Shown here one piece after another: positions 53,099 through 64,000 of a stretch of 64,000 nt of DNA; the first letter of the stretch is position 1, and the number at the start of each line of letters is the position of its first letter. Origin of the DNA: Dicyema japonicum (taxonomy: Eukaryota > Animalia > Dicyemida). The translations under genes and the position numbers were made by a program. Under the pieces are notes generated by a model. That model ran no database searches. It saw nothing but the letters and a program-made list of their open reading frames with translations, and was not told the origin of the DNA. The DNA is taken from NCBI GenBank assembly GCA_011109175.1, contig RDEW01000015.1, positions 672,938 to 736,937 of the forward strand, written 5' to 3'.

Positions 53099-53589
53099 CT
53101 CATTAAGAGTGTCTATCATTTCTTTTATGATTTGAGTGGATGCTTGGTAATCTATATCTTTGGCAGTGATGATAATATCATCCTTATAAAAAAAGTAATA
53201 TAGAGTTTAGCTTGAGGTTGAATAGTGGTGGTTCGAAAAATCATTTGTCTTCCTCATAGCAAGTTATCAGTAATATTCTGATAAATGTTCGTGTTTAAAA
53301 TTCGTGCTTCATTTCAATGGTGGTGAAGTCAAGGCCATTGGCTTTCGAGTAGAAGGCCATTGAGATTGTTCGTCACCAGATAAACATGATTCATTCAATT
53401 GATATTTTCGGCTTAATCTTCTTCATAAAAAACTTGGTGGTCCTTTGAACAATTATTGTGAGATACATTTTATTATAAAATTTTATAATTTAGTGGTTAA
53501 GGTGGTGACGACGCTTCTATTTCACTATGTCTTATTCGTATTCTTATCGACTTCTCCGTTCACTCTGGGATCTTTTTATTGCAGAGGAC

Positions 53590-53800
53590 TTAAACAACCT
53601 TACAAGAAACACCAACTGGTATGCGATCTAACAAATACGACTTCGTTGTCTGCTGTCTACAAGAGACAAAAACGACCATACAATGTACAGAACTGTTTGG
53701 AAAATTCCACCTTTTTATCCTCCCGTCGGCCTGCAGACATTATGGTCTCGGATTTGCAGTCCATCAGGACCTGATTCACTGTGTTACAAGAGTGTGGACA
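53590..53800 (+). mobile_element. RTEX-like APE fragment
   Basis: VCCLQETK and RHYGLGFAVH match 59950-60090. Confidence 0.7.
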
Positions 53801-54199
53801 GCATCTAATATTATAATGGAAATGGCGGACGACCTAGACTACCTATGAGAACTAGCGCGCAAAAGAGAATCATGGTCGAGGCTGACGGAGAGGATGATTA
53901 GGAATACTGCAGAAGGGAAACTTAACTAATTTTATGTTTTCTCGGGAGTGCTTTTTAATAACAATAATGTAGTGGTAAATTAAATAAGTGCTTTGGAAAG
54001 CTTTTTCTAACGTTTCCCGTCTTTGATATGTATAACTAATCCCGTGGTTGAACGTATGAATTCTATTGATTAGCGAATGAATGTTTCCCTTTTAGACTAT
54101 TTAGTTCTTTTAACTTTGGCTTATAATACTTAAAATAGTAATAATAATACCCAAAAGATAAACAAGAAAATCAATTAACACATTATTTTTAACTTGTAT

Positions 54200-56070
54200 A
54201 TCCGTTTGTAATGTTATATCGACTCGTATTTTATTTTACTGTTTGACACAATCGATTGGAATGTATGCGTCTTTATCCTCTTGGTTTATTTTATTCCAAA
54301 TTGACGACATAGTTGTATACATTACAACTTCGTTATGTCGCCGCATTTACGCACCGCTAAGCATCCTATTACATCGTGTAGCCAGGTGATCCACACTTTT
54401 TGGCCATACCACAATGACTGCAATTTGCTTTCATCTCTTCAAATAACAGATTTCTATCCTGTATCATGCAGTACATTGCATCCGAGCTTGGACTATTGTT
54501 TCCCCCAGTAAGCCATTTCGTTGATCCATCGACATTCGTATTTTCAAAACACTTAAATATAATTGAATGATGCAATTACTGATTAGTCTCCAAATAATTC
54601 TTCTTTTGATATTCCTTTATATTGTATCTGAGTTTCAATAAATCTTGCGATAATGGTCATATGTGTTTTTCTTTGTTTTAAGACCCGAAAGATTCCTTCC
54701 CTTCGAAAACACATGGAAGATTTCCTCTCGAGGTCTAAACAACATGCATTCTCTCTTATCAGAAATTGTGGGTAATCCTCCTCCAAAACTATTCCTGCTG
54801 AGATATATTCTTTTTTTGTTAGCAGGTTTTAAGTGCACTCGATTTCTAAACCAATAGCTTCGAATTCACGTGGTTCAATGTCGATAAGCCCAATATAATT
54901 ATATATCGAGAGTGCGTATTCATTTATCGCTTTAAACAAGTTTACAGCGTTTAATTTCGAATTCGCCAGCATCTCTATCCTTTTATTCACATTTCAGCAA
55001 TTTTTTCCATAACTTTGTCTTTCATAACCTTACTCCCTTTATCTTCTATCACTCCAAGATAGCGATATCCCTCACAACCATCCAGATAACTTGTATCTTT
55101 GGCACATTCCAGATTAGTTGCTGACTTTTCACAGTTTCTTTTAAGGCCAACAACACCCAGATATTCATCTATATCCTCCATCATTTAAGGATAGTATCTT
55201 CATATTCGGCAATTATTTTCAGGTCGTCAATAAAAAGAAAATGGTTAGTCGCATATGTCACAATAGACGGATCACTCTGATCAATGCATATCCTCGGGAA
55301 TTTTATATTTAATATTCGGCTTAGTGAATCCACTACCAGAGTAACAGTCTTCTTTTTTCGGAATAAGGTACGTAATCTCAGTATAGAACCATTCTTCCGG
55401 GCAATATTCACCACTCACTATCTTGATAATCTCTCCACTCAGATAACTATGTAGAGAATCAAATTTCTTGACAAAAAATCCATATACTCTAATACAGCCA
55501 GAGCTCTTTTAATTCGGTGTATAGTGAATAATGTTCTTAACAAACTCAACTGTCATATTTAACGGTAACTCCTCTGCTCCTGTTATTCGCCTCCCAACAA
55601 TATTTCTGTGAGAATAATTCTGATCCTTTTCCCATACATCTTTCCAAAATTACACGCACTCATCTTCTGTAACTTTACAGTCACTAATATTGACGTCATC
55701 ATTGAGCCTTCGATAAAACCTCCTCATATTCAGCTCAAAACAAAAATTATCTCGTCTAAAGGATTTTCTTGATTCATGAATTGAGATTTTTTCTCCATGA
55801 TCTTGATTTGTCTTCAGTTATAGTAGAGATCCTTTTCAATTCTCCCTTCTTTGATTTTTTGTATCCAAACGAGCATAAAACATCAAGCGTTTTCTCCCTT
55901 TTTTCCCTTGATTGCTTCCCAGTAAACCCATAGACTAAGGAACAATTTTTTTTGAATTTCGCAATTCTCTTCTCCACGTTTCTCTCCATTTATCACTCGA
56001 AAACATATGGTTACAGGAGCCATTAATGAAACCAAAGAATCACAATATTTCCATGATAACCACAAGTATT
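54200..56070 (-). mobile_element. R4/NeSL-like RLE retrotransposon, degenerate
   Basis: NHFLFIDDLK, YRYLGVIE, HLKPANKKRIYLSR, MIQDRNL, CSHCG. Confidence 0.85.
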
Positions 56071-56279
56071 GAACAATTGCAAAAATATCAAAAAAATTGA
56101 AAATTTAACAAAGGCAAAAGTTCAAAAATCTAATGAGAGAGAATTTTTTCCAAAAATCCTAAAAAATTCATGTTTGAATTATGTAAAATAAAATTTGGGT
56201 TGCTTTTAACTAAGGATTTATAGTAATATTATTATAAGCAACATTCGTAGAATTAAAATAGTTAAATTTCACTCGGCAG

Positions 56280-59200
56280 CATTCAAAACAATCTTCCGAA
56301 CCAACTTCTTCTAACCTCCTCGATCGTAGGAGAGTATCCTAAACTCGTCCTTACTTCTTAGACGTTTGTTCGAGCTTTAGATCTCTGTCAAGTGTTTCAG
56401 GTAGTGTAATATGCCGGCGTCCACGAAAGCACGGTCCCTTTCTCATAAAGTAGTCCTCCATTGCTATGTTTGCTGGAGAGTCCATACGCAAGATGTGTCC
56501 AAATAGCCTCCAGCACATATCAGCAATTTCGAGACTCAGTGGACCCGTGCAACATCTCTTGTACAGCGATTCCTTTTTTATTCTTGCTGGCCAGTTCAGT
56601 CCTAGTAGGGATCTATGTTGTCTTCAATGGAAAGAGTCTAGTCCAAGTTGTTCGGTTTTGGACGTTCCCCAGGTCGATGAATTGTAAATTAGGATCGGCT
56701 TGACAAATGTTTCATACAGTCTCAAACGAAGTGATGTGCAGGATCGTCGTTTGCCAATCCACTCTTTCTTAACTTGTTCATCGTTACCCAAGCGAAGGCT
56801 TTCCTTCTGGCAATATCTTGATTGTCTCCAAGTAAAGAGCCAAGTTTGTTTGTTTTTCGCCATGTTTCACTTGATCTGCTATCCATTCTCATGATTTCCA
56901 CAATGTCAGTTTTTGCGATGTTCATTCCAAGAAACCATCGGTTCAGCTCAGCAGGGGACAGCTCGAGGAGTCGAAGTAGGACCGATTTGTCTTCTGACAC
57001 AAAGTCGACGTCGTCCGCATAGGCCATCATAGAACTTCCGAAGATCTCGTAGTGCCCCTCCAGATATATGACAAATAGCAGGGGGAGAGGGAATTTCCCT
57101 GGGGAGTACCAACATTGCACGTAAATTCACGGGATAACGTCTTACCGATCCGCACTCTGAGCTTCGTGTTAGATAGCAACACTCTGATCATATTGACAGA
57201 ATCTGGGTCCAAGAATTGTTTCAGTATCTTGAGAAGTAGACCACGACGGACCGTGTCAAAGGCCCTAGAGAGGTCTATTCCCAGGACTGTTGTTGCACTT
57301 TCAAATCTCTGGTTGATAGCGCAGCGCCACTTGTGGCTCCATACTACATCTGCAGTGGATCTTCCTGTCCTGAATCCACTGTGACTAGAGAGATAGATAG
57401 TTGTCCACTTGTTCTCTGATTCGGTTCAGCATAACTAATGCCAGAAGTTTCCGTAAGGTTTTTAGCTGGATTATTGAACGTAGGTTTTCAACAGGCCGAG
57501 CATGCTTGTTAGGTTTTTGTATTGGTACAGTATGACCTATATTTGGGGCACCTATTTAAAAAAATGCCCCAAAAACAGAGGTTTCCCCAAAAATGGAGGT
57601 TCGGCATTTTCTTTAGATTTATCCACAGTTTAACAATTTAAATTTGCTTTTTATTAAATTTATAGATAAATAATGTTGTTTTTTTTTTATAGATTTTTCA
57701 GAATTATATTAAAAACAAATTTATTTAACGATAGGAAAATAGTCTGTTAATTTCCCTCCGGTTGCGGATTTTTTCATTTGCATTCCTAATATTTTTCTGA
57801 AATTATAATAATCTTTCAAAGCTTCAGGAAACAAATTGAAAATGTTCTCTTCAAGTGTATTCATCGCTGTTATTGTTTCCAAATGAGAATAGGTACATTT
57901 TACTCCGTCGTATATATTCTCGTCATCATTTTCTACTTCATTTTCAGTATATCTTTAATTATGTTATCTAAACTCTCCAATTCATTATTCACCAATGAGA
58001 GAGTTTGAACACGACATCAATTTTCTCCCAACAATTAGTAATTGATTCAGAGTGTATTTGTTGCCATGTCTACCCAACAATAATGATTATTTGTCTAAGA
58101 TTTACTTGCTTTAAATTCAACATTGTAAACTTATTATCCTCAAAAGATAGGGTAAAATCCATCAAATTATTTGATAAGACAATTTGATTGTACGGACCCA
58201 TTATTTATAAAGTTCATATAATTTTGTTTAATTCTAGATACTGCTCCTAAACAATAGAATTATCAGATAACCTTTACTAATTTTATACTTTTTGACAATA
58301 TCTCGTTCGCTCATGAACAATTTTCGTTGATTTCTTTTAAGCTTTAACTCCAACGAAAAGCTTCCTCCTCATGACAACAAAAACGCAAATCTAGCACGCG
58401 AAGTTTAAGAAAATCTCATATAATTAAATTTAATATTAATTGCAAGACTTTATATAAATTAAAAAAAATTAAGTGCCCCACTAAGAGGTTCAGGTAATTT
58501 CCAAATTTGCAAATTACTGTATAAAAATGATCTAATTTTCAAACTGCCCCAAAAATAGATGTGCCCCAATGAGGAGGTCCGCCCCAAATGGAGGTTGCAC
58601 TGTATTAATAGTCCGGATCCGAGAGCTGGGTATTCTTTTTTTATAAACATAGAGTTGAGTAGTTTTGCCAACTTGTCTGTTAGTGCAGGTGGCCCATATT
58701 TGACAAGTTCTGAATTGATTCCATCCGGTCCAGGAGAGCGACCATTCTTATTTTGACCATTGCATTTGAGATTTCGCCAGGTGTGATAACTTTATCAAGT
58801 TGAGTGGCGTATCCACAAGTATGATCAGATATTTCTCCGCGGACAGTTAATATATCCTCGAAATACGACGCAATATATTCAACCTGATCTTTGGGATTTG
58901 TTAAGAATCTTCCATTTCCGTCACGGAGTTTGTTAGTTTGTTTTCTTCTGTTGAGCAGACGGATTGCAGTGAACATTTTTGATGAGTCTTTAACTGTTCA
59001 ACTTCTGCAGCTCTTAGATCAAGAAGGTTAGTGCTTTTTATTCAAAATCTTTATGGTTTTCTGAGTGGATCTTCTAGACTTCAAGATTTGTTTCCTGTCC
59101 GGATCAGACGTATTTTCCAGTTGTAATCTTAGTTCCCTTTGTTCTTTAATGAGGGTGGGAACATCTGGATGTATACATTTTTTAACAGTGCTAAGGACCA

Positions 59201-60210
59201 GGTTCCGGTACTCCAATTTGCTGCCAAGAGGATCCCTTTCATTGTCTCCGCCCAGGTGCCTCCTGGATAAAGTCCGGGATCCAGGTTTCGGAGAAATTTT
59301 GTAATTGATATTTGGTAGTTGTCTCTGATAGATGTAGAGTAACACAGTTGTTCCATTTTATAACTTCTTACATCTACGTTTGGCTCTCTTCTTATTAGGT
59401 CCTCATTGTGAATTTGGTAGAGACTATCTTGTGATCACTGTCGATACCTGCACCTCCGTAAGACCTCGAGTCATGTAGGAGTGATTTTTCTTTTACTCGA
59501 CAGATGATGTAGTCGATATGATTGAAAATGATAATAGAGCCTTTAGTAGGTAGAAGTCGTTGCCCATTCCATGTCGTTTTATGACGTGCGGGATGTTGGA
59601 AACCAGTATTACACAGGAACAGATCAATTGCCTGGCAAAACTCTGTCAAGATGGTTCCGGGGAAGTTTCTGATTCCTCTTCCGTGCTGACCAATGAAGCT
59701 TTCATTTTCCTATACGGGTTCTCACTTTCGCATTCCAATCCCCGGCAATAAACAATAAGTATGATGAACAGAGGTCTGTTTAATGTCCTTCCCAATTCCT
59801 CGTAGAACAGGTCAAGTTCTTCCGGATTTTTTAGGATGCGTCCACTGTGTGGTAAACGTTGATAATTGAGATAAGTCTCCTCTAATTTCTGCTTGATCTT
59901 GTACGTAGTTGTAAACACTGATTCTGTCATTGACTTTCCAGTAACGATATACTCTGGGAATATAGTCCTTGTGTATGGCAAAGCCTTGTCCATAATGCCT
60001 CGATTCCGAGGGAAGCAATAGTAACCTGTAATTTGCTGTGTTTCATCGAGTCCATTTTTTATTTTAGTCTCCTCAGGCAGCATACAGAACCCCGGTATTT
60101 CTCAACATCCGAACATTGAAGCTGCTCTTAGCCACGTTATTCAGGCCTCTGACATTGAAGGTTAGGATAGTCAGGTCATTAAATTGTTCTGAATCCTTTG
60201 CAGACATAGG
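56280..60210 (-). mobile_element. RTEX-like APE-RT LINE, near full length, interrupted by a Tigger element
   Basis: APE motifs TFNVRG, GAGIDSDH. RT motifs LIPIQKP.K, GFRTGRSTAD, IDLSRAFDTV, GTPQG.SLSP, AYADDV, KLGSLLG. Confidence 0.9.
57528..58602 (-). mobile_element. Tigger/pogo DNA transposon, internally deleted
   Basis: TA target duplication on both sides and imperfect TIRs of about 22 bp (CAGTatgACCTatATTTGGGGC / CAGTgcaACCTccATTTGGGGC). HTH MSERDIVKKYKISK|GAVSRIK and C-terminal TWQQI..ESITNCWEK. Confidence 0.88.
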
Positions 60211-60659
60211 TGCAAAAGAGGCACGTCACCACCTCAACCAAAAAAGTAATAATATATTAATATCAAAAATAAAAGAGAATTTAAGGATAAAAATTACAAG
60301 TCAATTTAATTAGAGTTCAAACATCGTATTCTGTCAATAAAATAAACTTTATGAATGTATAGAGACAACCGATGCTCTTGTTCACCCTAAAACCCATCTC
60401 TTATTCACACTAACTCATTTTATAATTCAAACTAACTTCTAATTACCCTAATCCATTCTCTAATACACCATAATCCATTCTTTAATTTACCCTAATTAAT
60501 CTGAAAATCAACATTGATTGACTTTCCCACATAGTTTAAAGGTTTATATTTTGATATCCAAGTGCTTTGAGTCTTGATTAATTATCATGACTACTTATCA
60601 CAATTTTACAATAAAATATTGATTAAAACTCTAAAATTGAAGGATTATCTGTCTGAACT

Positions 60660-60940
60660 GACATTCATATTCTAGTTATTGACTCCTCCATGTGAACAAT
60701 CGTCTGGAGCTTTTTCCATGTCATGGATTTCAGTTTCATTATCAAGGGCCATTACGATTTCTTATGTGAATGTACATTTGAGATTCAATCTTTGGATAAT
60801 ATCTTTCATTAATTATAGTAAAATTATGAATTTTAGGTAGTTTATATTTTCCTTCCCTCGTTGGATGCTCAGGGAATGTATTAAGGCATCTTTTAAAATT
60901 TAATATTCCAAACTATCACAAAACCTTTGTAAGAAGCCAT
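60660..60940 (-). mobile_element. Second, more decayed Ginger2 fragment (5' coding part)
   Basis: ATGGCTTCTTACAAAGGTTTTGTG...CTTGATAATGAAAC...CACATGGAGGAGTCAATAA matches 25967-26260. Confidence 0.75.
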
Positions 60941-61932
60941 TACCAAAAAATAATGAAACACGCTAGAAATCACGTGAGAAATGCCACAATAAACATAAAA
61001 TTATGATAATAAAATGTAACCAGCTGTCCACGCATAACCAGGGGCCCATGAAATAATATGTCATTTTCACAAGTCCTATTGATATAATTTACTGCATAAT
61101 CAATTCATACATCTATCCTAGATTTTCTTACTCTCATCAAAGATAATTTATAATTAAATAATCCACGAGATAGTCCTGTCTATTGAAATAACTTTTCTTC
61201 GTTTTAATAGACTATCCACGTTGACACTCAAGCTTGTGGAACAAATCTTGCCAAAACAAACTTAGAAAGGATCAACTCCAATCAATCCTGTATGACCAAA
61301 ACACCTCACAAATCACAGGACTACAGGCAAGGGCAACCCTATTTGAAATCCTTGTGAGGAAGTCGGACAGCATATTCATCCAAAATGGAAAACCGCCAGA
61401 AAAAAAGTGCTATCGAAAATGTGCCGAATTCCGAGAAAAAATGAGAATGTTATCTGCTCTAAACATTCTGACTAAATTATCTATAAGATATCTTCTCTAC
61501 ATGACCAGTCTATAAGAGACTTTTTTAGTGGTTAATTTGTTAAAGATTGAGGTAGTACATATATTGCAAGAATTGTATATATCATATATCTAAAGTCTTG
61601 TTCCCAAAGAAAAGCAGACTGGGAGACATTGGATATACTAAGTTTACGAACAAACTATGCTGTCTAGATAATCTCATCCAACACGAATGAACATGGATAA
61701 GTCTGCCTAAAAAACAAGGATATTATTTAGTTGACATCTTTAAATAATCCCTTTGATGTTCATAGTGAAATCATGATTACTTAATTGATTATTAAAAGCC
61801 CTTTAATATGCAATCATTTCTACAGTCATATTAGCATTTTGAGTTTGTGGTTTCATGCATTAGTTGTGATGTTAAACTCAGACTTTCTAAATATTTTAAT
61901 CAAGCTCTTTCTATTATTGGAAAAAGCCAAAA

Positions 61933-61980
61933 AATTGGAAATTTCCAATTGAAAATTGCCGTATAATTTTACTATAAATA
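61933..61980 (+). promoter_or_regulatory. Putative promoter: perfect 18-bp palindrome (61933-61950) and TATAAATA (61973-61980)
   Basis: AATTGGAAATTTCCAATT is self-complementary. The TATA box lies about 24 nt upstream of the ATG at 62004. Confidence 0.45.
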
Positions 61981-62003
61981 CTGTGCGCTTATTAAGATAC
62001 GAA

Positions 62004-62210
62004 ATGGTTGTCTACGTTTGTGTTAATGGTAATGTCTACGATGTTGGTTCTGTCGATACGGCCCCTGAGTGTGCCTGTTTCAGCTCGGAAACCGCTACTG
62101 TTGAAGAGGTAGCGGCTGCTTTCATGGATGCTGGAGCTGTTGAAGTCGACGGAAGATATGAGGCGTCAGCTGAGCAGTTTGAGACAGTCAGGGCAAGATT
62201 CAGCGTTTAA
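62004..62210 (+). CDS. Small acidic orphan protein, 68 aa, intronless
   Basis: MVVYVCVNGNVYDVGSVDTAPECACFSSETATVEEVAAAFMDAGAVEVDGRYEASAEQFETVRARFSV. Roughly 50% GC (by eye) in very AT-rich flanks, biased codons, AAAATG-like start context, upstream TATA. Confidence 0.6.
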   Translation: MVVYVCVNGNVYDVGSVDTAPECACFSSETATVEEVAAAFMDAGAVEVDGRYEASAEQFETVRARFSV

Positions 62211-63189
62211 TTTGAGTTAATGGACTCTAATTTTTTTCCTAACTAATTTTGACTTAACTTTTTAGTTATGAAAATTTGTTGATTTATTATTGTCGATTTT
62301 TAGGAAATAGTTGAAGAATAACTTTGTGTTTAATAATCACTTTGTGGTTACATTTTTATGTTAATTTGATAAGGTATATTCCATTGACATTTTTGTATTT
62401 AAGTATTTACTAGTATTGACTTTAATATTTTTATTAATATTTTCATTGACAAATATGATTTACACTACAGATCTGATAACTATAGAGAAACCTGGATAAA
62501 TATTCTTTGGGACCGTTTTCGTTTCATCTCAATTGACTTCGGGTGTGGCCTGTCACCTGAGGGGTTCTCCGATAGATTTGAACATCAATCTCATCAAAAC
62601 TGAAAGATTCTAGGGAATGGCGTTGGTTTCAAGAACATTTTCAATCTTTCGTGGCAATTCATACTGTCTCTGCAGATTTTGGAACCTAATAACATCACTA
62701 CTGAAGAGAATGACCATTAAGATCTATTCCACCATCTGCCCAAAATTTATCCACCCAATATTGATTTAAACACGTACATCTTAGTAAATTACCATTTCTC
62801 ATGAGCAGTTAACAATCAAGGAAGTGGCCAAATTTCTACTCTATAACTCTCGAAAATTCATAAGGCCTCCAAACAGTCCTCTTTACAAAATGCCAGTCAG
62901 ATATCTTGAAACCATGGGAAGAGCAGTGCAGGATGCCTTTTCTGTTGGTATCGATTTCCCTTTTATCTCTTTTAATCGAGTGGGCAATAAAAATAAATAA
63001 TACTGTTAAAGACAAGATCATCATCTCCTTATTCTGCATAAACTGATTATAAAAGTGAATCTTTAATAATTTATAATGTTTATGGAGCATTAAGTCAATG
63101 TGTGTTATGTCATTTTAATATATGTAGAGTTGGTGGTTTCACTTACCAAATTAGTCCCTATTAATTTCCAAATTAAGATTACATTCATT

Positions 63190-64000
63190 ATTACTTTTAA
63201 GTGCTACAATGATAGAATTTTTTTTCATTTTACTATCATTTCTTAATTACGTTTTCAACATGGGGCGAGAAATACATATGCATGTCAAAAGTCACCCCAA
63301 GGATCCTTTGAGATTTTCTGAAAGGAATAGCTTCATTGTTTCCTTCAGTTCGACCATTGTCTTCCCAGTCTCGTGTCTGAAGTAAATAAGGTTGTGTCGG
63401 ACTTTTCTGGAAGTTAAGCGATTCTTCGAAAGCCATTCGTCAAGACGGTTCAGGTTTTCTTGTCCGGGAGGAAATTTTTGATTTTCACCAGCCTATTTAG
63501 AATTTTCGACATCGAACACAATATCGCGACCGGTCTGTATGAAGCTGGGTCTTTCGTCACTTTACCGGGTTTCTAAATTGGACGTAGGTTGGCAAACTTC
63601 CATAAGGATGGAATATAATTTTTGTGAAGAGGTTGAATACCCTCGTTAATGCAGCGATTCCATAGTCTCCAGATTCTTTAGGAGGATCATTGGTATCTTA
63701 TCCGGTCCGTTAGAATAGGTTGTTTTAATGGCTTTCAATGCACATCTCACGTCGTTTTCAGTGAAGTGAATCGTTTCCGGTTCCTTTCTCTGTTTACTGA
63801 GATATTTCGGGGATATATACGACTTCTTATGGTTTTATGGAATATTTTCACATATTATTTTATTAGATTTTGTAAGTCTTTTTAACCTGTGGTCCACCTC
63901 GGACGATCTTTCATTCTCTCTTGAGGCGTCTCGGATGGTCTTCCAAATTTCAGTATTGGGTCTATTTCTAATCAACGACACATGCTTCCATCTTGATTTT
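63190..64000 (-). mobile_element. Jockey/I-like LINE RT fragment running off the window end
   Basis: GPDKIP, SLWKFA, RILGVTFDMHM; internal deletions. Confidence 0.8.

Noticed and set aside
62480-63040. Signal-peptide-like ORF MMILSLTVLFIFIAHS
   Set aside because: No consistent downstream exon chain or homology; hydrophobic starts arise readily in AT-rich DNA.

Overview
This is AT-rich eukaryotic (almost certainly animal) genomic DNA with one 72-N scaffold gap. The supplied ORF track misses most real genes because they are interrupted by ultra-short spliceosomal introns of 19-29 nt. Hand-splicing recovers five recognisable host genes, all on the minus strand: cytidine deaminase (with a 2-nt frameshift in an AT repeat), NIP7, an endosulfine/ARPP19, a four-and-a-half-LIM (FHL) protein and an endophilin (BAR+SH3). 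It also recovers a decayed ADAM/reprolysin metalloprotease with an intact HELLHLLGLRH zinc site, and there is a 68-aa intronless orphan ORF behind a TATA box and a perfect 18-bp palindrome. Two introns are non-canonical: GC-AG in FHL and an apparent GT-GG in NIP7. Most of the remaining sequence is decayed mobile DNA: non-LTR retrotransposons of at least five kinds (CRE-like RLE, R4/NeSL-like RLE, Jockey/I-like APE-RT with 2A-like NPGP leaders, RTE, RTEX-like) and DNA transposons (hAT, Tigger/pogo, Ginger2/TDD). The Tigger and Ginger2 elements are nested in retroelements with demonstrable target-site duplications, and their transposase genes carry host-sized micro-introns. Micro-introns of this size suggest a miniaturised parasite such as a dicyemid or myxozoan; this is inference only. 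No rRNA, tRNA or CRISPR array was seen. Most mobile-element boundaries are approximate (tens of bp). Intron, TIR and TSD coordinates were counted by hand.
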